Source: Macrostomum hystrix
Taxonomy: Eukaryota; Animalia; Platyhelminthes
NCBI GenBank assembly: GCA_950097015.1
Contig: CATNEN010000038.1
Span: forward strand, 14,384,001 to 14,448,000
DNA: 64,000 bases
Direction of reading: 5' to 3'
Shown: positions 23,281 through 36,264 of the stretch, one piece after another
Numbering within the stretch: the stretch's first letter is position 1
Layout of the letters: each line of letters starts with the position of its first letter
Position numbers and translations under genes: made by a program
The notes under the pieces: generated by a model
The model's database searches: none
The model's input: only the letters and a program-made list of their open reading frames with translations
What the model was told of the DNA's origin: nothing

Positions 23281-24084
23281 TTCTCAAATCTAGCCCTACG
23301 TGACCTCTTGTATTTCCGCACCCCGGCAGCCGCTGCTGTTTCCTAGAATATGGAAGAGAAAATAAAATCGTAAGTGCTTGACCTGGTGATAAAGGGAGTG
23401 CCGGGTGGGGTAGGGCAGCAGAGGAGGAGAGCGAGTTGCTGCGGGCTGCTGGGCGAAGTCTTACCCTCCCGACAGCGAACTCATGAACTACATTCTCGCC
23501 AACAATATCAATGCTTCTAGATACACTTTTTCAGCTCTCTTCCCACAGGCCACTGCTAGGCGCGAGTCTAATGGGGAACCCCATGAAGAGGTGGCTGGAG
23601 CCAATGGTAGGCAGGGCCAGAGAGGGCTTAGGAGCTGGGATTGCTAGGGGCAGATTGTCGACTAGTAAGGAGAGCGGATAGAGTAGCGAGGAAGATTGAG
23701 CTTGAGAACACTGCTAGCTGCGATTTCGAAGCAGTTGCCGAAGTCAATTATTTAGGTGAGTCGTGACCTTTTTAAATATGAGAACCCATTTGACACTTAT
23801 TAAGCAACAAGGATACAGCTTAAAATTTATTTAAATCAGTCGTCTTAATATGTTTTAAGCTTAGATTTTTTATCAAGCAGATTCCAAAAACAAACAGTTC
23901 AATAATCAATGTTTTTTTAGTCTCTTACGGGTGACATATAGAACCAGATAACTGCCACAGTTAGAATGTACAGTAAGACGCGGAAATCATTTTTTAAGTG
24001 CACTCAAAAGCCAAACAAATGCATCTGCTTCTAAATTTTGCCTACATTGCAGTCTGAATGAGTTATTGCAGTTTGAGTGCCTGA

Positions 24085-24660
24085 AGCCTTAGCTAAAATC
24101 TCCCGAAATCTTCAGCTAGAATCTCCCGAAACCTTCAGCTAGAATCTCCCGAAACCTTCAGCTAGAATCTCCCAAAACCATCAGCTAGAATCTCCCGAAA
24201 CCTTCAGCTAGAATCTGCTGAAACCTTCAGCTAGAATCTGCTGAAACCTTCAGCTAGAATCTCTTGAAACCATCAGCTAGAATCTCCCGAAACCGTCAGC
24301 TAGAATCTCCCGAAACCTTCAGCTAGAATCTCCTGAAACCATCAGCTAGAATCTCCCGAAACCATCAGCTAGAATCTCCCGAAACCTTCAGCTAGAATCT
24401 CCTGAAACCTTCAGCTAGAATCTCCTGAAACCTTCAGCTAGAATCTCCTGAAACCTTCAGCTAGAATCTCCTGAAACCTTCAGCTAGAATCTCCTGAAAC
24501 CTTCAGCTAGAATCTCCCGAAACCGTCAGCTAGAATCTCCCGAAACCTTCAGCTTGAATCTCCCGAAACCTTCAGCTAGAATCTCCCGAAACCGTCAGCT
24601 AGAATCTCCCGAAATCTTCAGCTAGAATCTCCCGAAACCTTCAGCTAGAATCTGCTGAAG
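24085..24660. repeat. 23-bp minisatellite (ATCTCCCGAAACCTTCAGCTAGA), probably in a 5'UTR intron of the C2 gene
   Basis: Tandem periodicity of 23. It lies between a possible donor at 23756 (AG|GTGAGT) and an acceptor at about 24749. Confidence 0.9.
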
Positions 24661-24761
24661 CTCGATCTATCAACCAATAGCTAAAACCTTTTTTAAGTGT
24701 TTAACATTAACTTAAGTTTTTAGCGAATTATTTTGACCGAATATTGCAGAACATCGAAGCA

Positions 24762-27700
24762 ATGTCCTCGTCGCCACAGCAGCAGCACAAGCGCAGCTGC
24801 AGCTTTCGATCTTCCGGTTGTCATCAGTCTCCGTGTCGACACCCCGTCGACTCAACGCAGGCGTCCGTGGCCAATGCGCCGTCAACTGGGAAACGCTTCA
24901 GTCTGACGGACACACTGTCGAAGTCCAGTTCCACGCAGCCGCCACTGCCGCAGCTATCTCCAACCAGTCGTCAAAGGCGACGGACTTCTGTAACCACGAC
25001 AACTGCGCAAGTAGCAACTGCAGCGTCGGGGGCGACAGGTGAATCAGCGTCACCTGGATTCGAGCGTCGATTGGAGGATTCTTTGCGAGACCTGCGAATC
25101 ATGCAGGCCAGGATGAGCCGAAACTCCGTCGGGGGCGGCGGCGGTGGTGGCAACGGCGGTCCCGGTGCTTGCATCGGCGGTAGTAGACAAGGTAAGCTAG
25201 GGCCAAGAAGCTAAAGCTTGATATTTTTACCTGCAGAGCGTACACATGTACCCGTGCACACGCAAACAGTTACAGAGGCTGCATTAACTCTAACATGAGT
25301 AAAATCTGATGACCATAGACCATACAGACCCTACAGACCCTACAGTCTATACAAGGGGGTCTAACGCGTTTGCCTCTCCCACCAAGTTCCCTGAGCTCGA
25401 TTCCGCGGTGAGGCCACATTCATTTGGGGCGCAGCCGCGAAGAGAAAGCTTGCAGACTTGTCGTGCAATTTACGCCCTCGAGGGCCAACCTGAGATTGTA
25501 CAATGTCTAGCGATGAGAAAGTCAGTGCAGATGTACAAGCCTTTGTGAACGTGTGCCTGCGTACAGTATCTGTGTGAGCGTGTGCTCAGGAGTCAGCAAA
25601 ATGGGCAGAATTGCCTCCTCACTGGCTGCGGGTCTAGTGTCACCAAATGATGCGCCATTGCCCGCAGCCCCCTGCAATGATTATTATTAGTAACATTTTA
25701 CAGACCCTAAAGCGTCATTTACTTCCATTAATTCGTGCATCTGTCTAGTCCAATCGATGAGCTCGTGCCAATCATCCACCAAAGTTTCCACCCCACCTAA
25801 AACTCTTGGCCATTTCTCAGGTACGTTTTCTGAATCTATTGGGAGTCACGTGACTGGCTCAATAATCTCGAAAGCATTTTTTTGAATCAGTTGAGAATGC
25901 ATACAAATATTATCTGCGAGAAAGCAATATGCTTTGGATTAATTTCCTGATGACAAAGGTTCACTTCACGCCATAGCAATTTGCCCTGTGAGATTAAAAA
26001 CAAAAATTCAAACAATCCTTTGCACTTTAGTGAGGCTTAAAGAAACAGACAACCCAGAGAATCTGATATGCCTGATATAGCTTCTTTTCTGCTGAGAATC
26101 GAGAAATATTTCCAGCACTCAATTAGTTTCTGGGCATTTTCTATCTAGCTTGGTTCCGAGCAATGGTACCCTTGTTTGTTGAATTCTTTGCTATTTGAAC
26201 AAATAAGAAAAGTGATATAGACTAAAAACATAAGTGCTATAACTAAGAAAAACTCCTCATCCCGTGCTGGCAAGTAATAATATACATATATTAATATACA
26301 TAATAATATACATAAAATAATATACGTAAAATAATATACATAAAATAATATACATGTAATAATATACATAAAATAATATACATATAATAATATGCATATA
26401 ATAATATGCATATAATAATATACATATAATAATATACATATAATAATATACAGCACAGCCGCAGCTATTGCTCAGAGCATGTGAAGGCTGCGTACGGCTG
26501 TTCAGTCCTATTCTCACCCTGCAGTTAATTCCGGTACTCATTTCACAGCCGGTTGAACTCAAATGTAGAGTTAAGATTCTTGCTTAAAGACCGAATTTTT
26601 GGAGTCCGGAATCGAACCCCCGACCCGAGTCTGTGGGCCGAGTTTGGCGATCATTCCGCGGCCCCTGAGCATACAAGCACGCAGATACAGTACTCAGACC
26701 CACACCGTGTTCCGAATCGGCTGTTTGCTATATTTTTAAGTCCAACAGTATCGACTGGCCGTTGATTTCCCCCCAGTAAAAATCGCAAATCACCTTCTCA
26801 AAATCTGCTCTGGCGCTGGCGAGTCTAGGCCGGCATCATTTGAAATTATTTTTTCTGTCCTTATTCCTTTGTCGGAAGCCCTTTTTGATCTTTTTTAGTG
26901 TACGAGTTCTCTTCTCTAAGCCCCACAGAGGCCCGGCCGCCAGTCCTAATTAACGAGAGTCGACGGCTGCGGAAGCGGACGGAAGGGTCGGGAACTTCAA
27001 GGGGAAAAACTGGGTCCTGGGACACGCTGGGCCGGAGGTGGGCGCTGCGCTTTCACAGTTGGGGAGCTCCTGTCTACGCGAGTGTTGAAAAGACTGGGAA
27101 ATAGTTTTGAGGGCTTAATTTCTTGACCCTATTCCTTCTAGCAGCTTCGAAGTAGGAACAGTTCTGTTTCTCTAACAGACTCAATGCTAATATCTTCTCA
27201 TTTACTTCATTTTCTTTCTTAATGAAAACCTGATCTCTAAAGTAAATTTGTGAAAGCTTCTCGTTACTCTCTCGTGTAGGCAAGTTTTCTAATTTTCAAC
27301 TGCTTTTTTAGACATTGACGAATTGGCGCCAGTTCTAGCTCCTGCGTTGGAAGCATGTGCCGCTCATAGTCAGGCAGTGTGCGCATTCACCGTGCTTTGG
27401 CGTTTGGCCCTCATGGGAGTTTATTTTGTCCATGGCTCTGCCCCAAAATTACTTTGCTTCCTCCTCGTTTCAATTAGGAGATCGACCGACTCACAAGACA
27501 AGCAGCTCCAATCTCGTACTAACAGTAGAAAGATAGCGTAGTAGCGTCTCAAAGATCTGGGAAAACGGCTGTTCAAGGGAAGCCTCGAATATAAAGTATC
27601 AGTCCTATTAATAGAAGCTTCTATTAATAGAAACTGACGTCAGATAAACAAAGGACAGACCCATGTCAAAGTGGTATGTTGCTAAAAATAACACTGACCT

Positions 27701-30700
27701 CACTCATACGCTGCACAGCAGATTGAAAGGTAAAAAATAAGATGAGTCATAAAAGCAAGTAAACAGGCACAATGCACTTTTAGGATCACGTGAGGCAGGC
27801 ACTCCAAACAGACAAACAATTCTGCAAATATTCAAGCACCTGGGCATACAGAAAGGCACTCTCCACGGATCCGAAAGGATTTACGACTTTAAGGATAGTA
27901 AATTTGGAGCGATGATATGCAAATTGATTTAAGTGATTAAAGGTTCAGCTACATCTAGCTGAAAAAGTGACAAAACTACGAGTAAGTTAATCAACTAGCA
28001 ACTCAAATTAACCGCGCCGCGGATTCGAACTCAGGGACATTGGTGCGAGAGTTAGACGATTTGCCGGCCCGTCACTCAAGCCTTTTTACAACTTTCTCAA
28101 GCAATGCGACATATCTTACTTGGAAACATTTGGCAATGTAGATACATGTAATCAGTCCATGCCAAAACTGCTGGTAAGCTCCAACAGCTGGAGACTGCAG
28201 ACCGTGCGAGCGCATTTGTTAAAATTTAATTTATGGCCCACAGACTCCACGAGTCTGGTTTTTAGGCCACATGAGGGGAGCGAGCTGCCGTAACAAACTA
28301 GGATTTTCCGAGCTATCTCGCACAACTATATCTCAAATTGAACCATCCATAATAGCATGCCATGCAGATTTGCTCTGACAGTTTCGGCACAGCTCAGATT
28401 TTGTGAAGCTCTCACAAATCTGAGTAGGTTTTAAGAGGCCCTTCAGTGGAATTATACGAGTCTATATAGGTTAGAGAAATTGTGTAGAATTTGTTTAAAC
28501 TAACCTTTTCAAAATAAAAATCGGAAAAATTTTGTGTACTTTTTCAAGCGCGGGGCTGTCTGAAATTTGCGTAAACAAGCAGCTCTGCGACTCGCGTACT
28601 TCAAAAGCCATTTTTAGAATGGGGCGTATTTGATAGCAGGCCCAAGAAAACAAACCGATTTAAAATATTTCTATGCCCATACAACACCTGCCCAGCCAGG
28701 ACACTCGAAACAGGAATTTTACTTGATTAGCTGCACGCCAGGGTCTATCAGCTTGTACTTTTCCATTTGATTCGACACCGCATTCAATTTTGCTCCAAGC
28801 GAGCTATAGTGAGATTTGCAGTACAGTGTCTAAGATGAATTGACACACTTAAAATATGAATTTAAGATTCGCTGAAATTGACGCAATCGGGAACTCTTTT
28901 ATCGGAACTCAATGTCAAAATCGTTAAAATGACATTTTATTTTTTAGTACATTTGTTTTTCACGGAGTTCATGAAAGTTTTTTGAGCCAACCACTGAGTT
29001 TATAGATAGCTTTAGTATCACCTTGAGACTCCAAGGCATTATCCTGCTCACAATCTCATCCCAGAGCTGACAGCTTCCGGAAAAGGAAGTAGAGCCGACT
29101 GCATCACACTTTTCTCTCTCATCAGTCTTGAGTCCAAACGCCGCAAGCTGTGCACTTCTTCGATAAAATCAAGACCTCAAGTCGGCGATTTCAGATGCTG
29201 CAAGAACTTGTCCCGGCCTCAAAGCCGAATCGAACCAATATTTGCACCCGAGCCAACCCCCTATTCCATGCCTTGCTGGTCGCAGCCTCCCCGAGCAGCT
29301 GTCCCTAGAATCCCAGCTGGCCTACAATTATCCCTTTCGACTCCTGAGTAAGCAGTGTTTGAGTTCCTTCTTGGAGGCCTCAGGGTTTTGAGGAATCCAA
29401 TTAAATCAAAAATTAAAAATCGTATAGTCGCACGCTCCTTATATTAATTATTTGTTGAAGGATCTAGCAGAAATTTAATCACTCTGTTTAATCATTTGAA
29501 TCCTAAACATTTAAATAGCATCGCAAACACACAATGCCGCTGTAATAAGTACATTTTCAAATGCACGAAAACGACAATAACAAAATATCTACAGGTTATT
29601 TCAATAGCTACTGGATGCAGTCGCATTGTTCTAGTCGGGTTTAGGCAGTCTCTCTGAGCCAGCTTGATCGGATGCTTGTGGGCCATGGGAGAATTGGCGC
29701 GAGGATAATGTTTCATCAAAGAAAAGCAGCATGCGATCCATTCCCGAAGCTGACTTACCCTTTCAGACTAGCGGTGGCTTTTCTTTTGCCGGTGCAAAAT
29801 TCTTTTTTTTTTGTTTGTCGACTCACCTTAAGCAAATAATTGACGCTGACAGGAAGGATTCAGCCAGCGTCTAGCGCGATCTAACTCCTCGCATTTTTGC
29901 TCCAATGCTAGTCAAAATACGAATAATATCTAAAATTAAGATTCAAATTGGAGGCAATATGGAGTGCGAATGCTGGTTTCAAAATAATGTGCAATAAAAG
30001 CGATTCGCTTATATTCGATAAAACTGCTTATCTTCTGGCTTCGATTCTACTGTGAGTAGAAAAGTCAGATTTTTGGCGTATTTTGTTCCAGAATCGAAAT
30101 CGACATACAGTAGATCAGAGCCTACTAGCCGTTTGCAGTTACCGCGATGTCTGATTTTGCATCGTAACATGTTGAATTGTGCATTTTTGTTATTTTTATG
30201 TGATTTATATGCGTCTTAGTCGAATAGGAAGCTTTTCTCAGTTTTGGGTGGTTAGAGTTCGAATCTCAGCCAAAGATTTGTCTTTGAGCAAGTGTCTGTG
30301 CCTATGGCTGTACATGTGGGCCTTTTAAAAATTGGACAAACATTCAATAAATTTCAGTCGGCTCGACTCAAGGCCAGCATCGAGCATCAGCCAACCCACT
30401 GCCGTTGTCGCCGCTGGAGGCTCCAACGCCGGATCGGGATGGTAGCCCGACGGCGCCACCCGTTGCTAGGCAACGGGCAATGAGTCTGGCAACAGCCGCG
30501 CTCACCGGAATGGAGCTAACAGGTGAGACATCTATGATGGTCATTTTTAGCATTCTTCAGTATTTCGTCAGAAAAGGAAAATGACAATGAAATCCATTGT
30601 ACTTTTATATCGGATATTGTACTCGTACAGTTGAATTTAAATCACACCCAAGAGTCCCATTGGGTGCTATCATTTTTTCTTTTTCCGAAAATAGGTATGA

Positions 30701-33700
30701 AAAAATAAGCTCAGTAAAAATGACATTGTTATGTATTTTAATTTCATATCAATTCTAAACAATCGTTTCTGCTGACGCGTTTTGGAAAAGAGATGCTTTT
30801 AAATTAACACGACGCGCTACACTGGGTTTGAAATTCACCATTGTCTGCCAGCAGTAAATCAAGGGGCATATTGCTTTTCAGCCATTAAATCGTTGCAAGT
30901 CAGAAGAAGCAGGGCCAAAAAATCAAACAAGTAAATTACTGAAAAGGAAACACCATCGGCAGATAGGATGAGGTTGAGTAGACGCTGAGAGGTGAGGGCA
31001 CAGAGAGGGGCGGCATTTCCGAGCTCTCTTCGGCTCACCACCGCTCGAGCAGTGCGAGGGCCTGTCTAGAGTCGTAAATTCCACAACAGCTTGCTTTCCC
31101 AGTCTGCATTTTAATCCCCTCAGACATAGATTCTAGCTGTTCCGTACTGAGCTCTCCGTATCCAGCTTCGTTTCCTTTATGTAAGTTTGAGTCTTCACGC
31201 TCTGCTAGCGATTTGATTGGCCAGACCAGAAGAGCCTGGTACAGTTTCGTTGTGTCCTCTCCGCCTCCCCTGTCAGGGCATCGCTCACTGTCTTCTCTGG
31301 TTGGCCGGGGCGGCGAGGCGACAGCTGCCGTCTCCATGACAACTAGCGAGGCTGCCTCATCGGCATTAAAACTGACCATGGGATGCGGTAGCGAAGGCTG
31401 CAGCGCGGGGAGCATCAGCGGGGAATACCGGCGCGAGAGACGCAGAGCAAGCATGCAGGACGCGATTGACGCTTCGAAGATAAACGCAGATCTGTACAGC
31501 AAAGTGGTAAGTTGTACAGGTATAAATATGTGTTTAGTATGTAATCTTCCACTGCGAATATATACTAGTTGATTTCTTATCATCAAGTCTCTTATCGATT
31601 TGAGACCAGCTTGTCAGTGTTTGACCTGACTTCGCAGACTGTCCTTGCTGACCTCCTCATCCGCTGCAGCGCCTCTTCTACTCCGAGCGATTTCCCCTCG
31701 CATAGGTAAACAAGAGGAAAGAAAAAAGATGGAAAAATAGAGCGAGTCGGTGAAGTGCCTTAAGAGCTCTTTGAGCGGTCACAAGTAATAAGAGAGGCTT
31801 AGAAAGAGGATGAAGAGAAGGTTAAAGTGGGAGACAGCCAAAGAGAGAGACGCGAGAGGTGCAGAAAGAAACGTAGACAGCTGGCATGACGTTTTCCCAC
31901 AGGCAGTGAGAGATGCCTTGCATTTTTAAGCAATCTCGTTGCCACGAAACAGAGTTTCAAACTGTACCGCGATAAATTATGACTGCAATGTATGATTTAT
32001 AATTATTTCATGGCATGGCCAGCAGGGCGTGACGAGGCAGGTTCATGCTGAAGAGGCCGCTTATGATCAAATAATCGATCATCAATTGAAACAGAACCTG
32101 CGGTTTTGCTTGTATTATACTCGCATTCTGCAGAGACTTCTTAAATCTCAGTCAAGCAATAATTAGAGTGGAGTTGCGCGGGTTTCGACTTTTGAATGGC
32201 TTTTCTGTTTGCTTATATCTATCTTGAATGCAGCGCAGGGCTCTGATATGATGTGATGCGCGCGAACGGATACTGCGCACAGGAAGACGGTGAAGATGAA
32301 CAATGAGAGTAATTAAGAGAGCTGATGGAGAGGACTGCAAACGAGGACAGATGAAATAGTAGCAATGCGCGGAGACAGATGGGAAGTTCCATAATGAGTA
32401 GAGTGATGTTGCCGGGAGGGCTTATGAAAGTGTAATATGATTGGCGAGCAATAAGTAAATTGATAGGCGTCGATAAAAGAGATACATATAAAGTAAAATG
32501 AGCACTTATTAGTGTATTCTAAGCCATAACTTATTCTATGCAATCCATTCGATCTTCAGTACAATCAGACCAATGCCATCCAGAGCATCCAGGAGGAAAA
32601 TCTAGGCCAGCTGAACTTCTCTCTTGGCTACCGAGAGGAGACTGGCATCCTGACTGTTCGCATCATACAGGCAATCGATCTGCAGCCAAAGGACAGCTCC
32701 ACTGGATCGGCCAACCCCTATTGCCGCGTGGCATTGCTGCCTAATCGCAAGACCCAAAGCACTACGAAGGTGAGAGGACACGAAGCGGATCTGGTGGCAG
32801 CGGTGGGATTAGAGGGTGTTAGATTTCATGAAGTGCATGCTTGCGACAGCACGATATGATGACAGGATGACGCTGGCGATGTTTTTGCCGTCAATAATTG
32901 CACTTCAATAAACGATAATCAATAGTCAATAGTCAATAAACACTTCGCATGCAAGGAATTGAGCTTTCGCAGTAAGAGACCGTTTTTACGGCACGATCTG
33001 TTAAAGTTCGCGAAACGGGAGGGAGGGGGCGAGCGGTAACCTTGGCACGGGCAGAAAACGATACCACTAGGGCCGACAAGGAGCACAAACAAAGCCTACA
33101 GCGCGCTGGGGGGGTAGGGTTGTACGCACTGGACGGGTGGACGGGCAAAGCTACGCAGAGCTGGGGTAGGATCAACACACAATGCCCGCGCCCAGCCAAT
33201 CAGATGGCGACACCGGGCACTCTGAGCCGGGACGGGGGGAGGGTGAGGACCAAGGCCGCGCCACACAAACCGGCCTAACTTAATGCCTGTTAATATAATA
33301 ATTTTTTTAATTTCGAACAATGGCATCGAGATGCAGATCAACGAATCTGACTTATGATAATCGAGCAGAATAGTTATACTTAAAAACTTCTTATAGTTAA
33401 TTTCTTAGAGTTCAAATTTACTTGATTAGCAAAGTCTACATGCAAAGTCTAAGCCAATTCTTGTGAAAGACTGCACAGCGATTTTAAGTAAATATATAGG
33501 ATTTTCAAATTGGAGGATTTGTCGCTATAAAATATTCTCCGTGTAGATTAGATTAGTTTTTTCTACTGAACTCGCCTGCTGGGAAGAATCACACGCTGCG
33601 TCGTTAGGAAATCTCTTTGAACTAGTAGGGCCATCTGCGTCTGAGTAGTCCGTTTATGATTTTCTAATGGTTCAGTAGCCATAAGACTCGAACATAATCC

Positions 33701-35186
33701 TTAGATTACGGTCGATGTAGAGACGAAATCTAAAAACTCACATAGCTTAGGCAGCTCAGAGGGAGGGAAGGCCGGAGGCAGGTTTTACCGAGCTGTGCGC
33801 TAAAATGTTGTCGCCTTTACAGCAGCAAGATGCACACAACTGAGAGACTGAAGCCAAAAGAATGAGCGGCAAAAAAATCGGAAGGGATTTCGAAGGCTCG
33901 GGATTATTGCGAAGACAGAGAATGAGATCAGACGGGTCTGTCATTGCAGGCTAATTGGAAGGGCAATGTCGGAGGACTGAGTATGTTTGCATAGGCGCAC
34001 TGGCGTCTGTTGGCTTATTTATCAAATTATCGTCTCGCCGAAATGCAGCCTAGGAGAAGAAATGCAGCCTTGGAGAAGCAGCGAGGCGGTGAGCGGGCTA
34101 AAATGTGCAGTAGCCCAGCTTTGAGGGGAGCAGCTGGCATGGGATAATTGTTGGCTCGGAAAATTGAACGAGGGGCAGAAAACTTAATTATCAAGCAGCG
34201 AGTCCTTATTTCTTGCATGCGACTGTTTCCGCCAAAGGTTCACAAGAAGACACTAAGACCCGAGTTTGAGGAGGCCTTCATCTTCGAGCTGGCCCAGCAG
34301 GACATTCACTGGAGCGTCCTTGAAATCACGGTATTCGACTACGACCCATGTTCACTGGACGATTGTCTAGGGCAGGTCCGCTTGCCTCTTACTGATGTAC
34401 TAGATACTGACTCCGCCCCAGCTGGTGCTGAAGTGCAGACAACATTGTGGAAGGGACTAGCCTCGCTTGAGAAAGATCCCGACCCCGTGAGTGCGCCATT
34501 GTTCTGTGTCGCACTTGTGCCGACTACTAAAACATTTGAATTCTGTTTCGTCTTATTTCCTTCATTTTTGAATCGCTATTCATAGCTTATTTTTATCAGG
34601 AGCACAAGATCGGCGACCTGATGTTCTCGCTGTCGTTTCTATCGGCTGCCAAGCGACTCGGCGTGTCAATCATCAAGGCGCGCAATCTTCGTGACATTCA
34701 CAAGGACAAGCCGATGAGTGGTAAGGGGAGAAATTTTCACCTTCTGGATGAACCTTGTTGAAATTTTGTTCCGGATAAGAAGTTAATTTTAATTATATGC
34801 TCACATCAAATGCTGTAGAATAAAATGATTGAAATAGGGTACTATATCGAATTGCAGACACTTCGGTACGCGTTACTCTGAGCACTCACGGCGGCCGCAA
34901 GCAGAAACGCAAGAAGACCAGCAGCTGCAAGACGCCAGCCAATCCTGTCTGGGAGGAAGCTCTAGTGTTCAACGGCGTCGCTGAGGATGACCTTCGCAGC
35001 GGCAGCCTGGAGATCTCTGTCTGCCACGAGGGCGTCCTGAGCAGCACGGAGATGGGCCGGGTCTACCTGGGTCCGGACACAACCGGGCAGGAGTACCAGC
35101 ACTGGTGGAACATGCTCAAGTCCAAGAGCGCCCCCGCCAGATGGCACCGCCTGATGACACCGGCGACTACAGGAGCCAGCAAGTGA
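24762..35186 (+). CDS. Synaptotagmin-like tandem C2 protein without TM, about 577 aa; exons 24762-25191, 30358-30522, 31277-31506, 32560-32769, 34238-34486, 34600-34720, 34858-35186
   Basis: All junctions are GT-AG with consistent phases (1,1,0,0,0,1). C2A: LGQLNFSLGY...NPYCRVALLP...KVHKKTLRPEFEEAFIF...VFDYD. C2B: IGDLMFSLSF...IIKARNL...KRKKTS...NPVWEEAL...RWHRL. The last five exons are confident; the first two are less so. Confidence 0.82.
25355..25690 (+). mobile_element. SINE family 2 copy
   Basis: Same body as the 16068 and 58245 copies; 3' stem GGCTGCGGG...CCCGCAGCC and a TTATTATTA tail. Confidence 0.85.
26275..26452. repeat. AT-rich ~14-bp tandem repeat (TAATAATATACATA), contiguous with the 3' end of a SINE
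   Basis: Visible periodicity; it abuts the SINE family 1 copy. Confidence 0.85.
26455..26665 (-). mobile_element. SINE family 1 copy
   Basis: B box GGTTCGATTCC on the minus strand. The body matches 1-125 and contains CTGTGAAATGAGTACC, like CTGTTAAATGGGTAC near 51742. Confidence 0.65.
28010..28082 (-). mobile_element. SINE family 2 head fragment
   Basis: CCGCGGATTCGAACTCAGGGACATTGGTGCGAGAG matches the head of the other copies. Confidence 0.6.
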
Positions 35187-36116
35187 GGCAGACGGAGGAG
35201 GTGGTGTCCCAATCAGATTCGGACAGGGATTGACGATGCCGCTATGAATTTATCGCTTCAGTCGTACTGCCATTCGGTTTGTTATAATTAGGATGTTATA
35301 GTTTCAAAAGTGCGACACCCGCCGGGTTTTAGAAGCGTTCTTAGCGCGTTTCACATCAGTTTTTTAGCAATAAATGTGTCATATTTTGCAGCTTGTATGG
35401 ATTGACTTAGTTTGACTTGGTCGAAGCACTTCAAATTTTAATATTGCTGAGTGCTTTGTAAATTATAACACGGTTCTTCATCTATGCAAACTTTTGACAG
35501 ACTACATAGAATGGAGTAGGGAAAGTTTCGATTTCTTATCCGGAAATGATTGTCGACTATTGTCAGATTGCTATAAGTAAGGCTTGAAATTATTTTCTAT
35601 CTTTAAGAAAAAAAGAGAATAATAATGTGTTAAAATTTTCTATTTAAAGTTTCCCATTTTCTGTTGACTTAAACGGAGCTTGTTAATGTTCCCCTAATGT
35701 GCTGAGCTGTCTCAGCGTTAACATGAGTACACTCAGCACGTCCTAACTATAAACTCTGCGCCTGTATCTCCCCGCCGGCTGTTGTCATCGACGCGTCTTC
35801 TGCTAAACGTGTGCAAAATTTTATGTTGTTTTGTATAGTCTCGCAATAAACTGTGACATTTTGAAGGCGTTGCCTCTGTCTGTTGTGCCACTGAATTTAA
35901 ATTCACATTTAACAAGATTCCCTTTTTGCTCGCTTACAGCTTTGCTTAAAGCGAATTTCTGAATGGTCAATTAGAATTAGTCAATATCCTAGCAAGTCTT
36001 TACTTTATGTACTAGAATTACTTTGAAAGTGAAAATTTATACGTGTATTAAAGAATTGTTTAACTATATGGCTAACTTTTAAGCGGTTTCAAAATGAATG
36101 TCTATCATTTGCCCGT

Positions 36117-36264
36117 CAGGGCCAACCTCGAAGGTTAATTGACACTAAGAAAGTCAGGACAGATGTACACACCTGTGAGAGCGTGTGCCTGCGTACAGTA
36201 TCTGTGTGCGTGTGTGCTATGAAGTCAGCAGATTGGACAGATTTGCCTCCTCTCTGGCTGTGGG
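36117..36264 (+). mobile_element. SINE family 2 internal fragment
   Basis: AGGGCCAACCTC...AGAAAGTCAGGACAGATGTACACACCTGTGAGAGCGTGTGCCTGCGTACAGTATC is shared with the 25355 copy. Confidence 0.7.

Noticed and set aside
26899-27040. Extra exon of the C2 gene (strong acceptor, open in phase 1)
   Set aside because: The plausible donors are phase 2, incompatible with the next phase-1 exon; needs transcript data.
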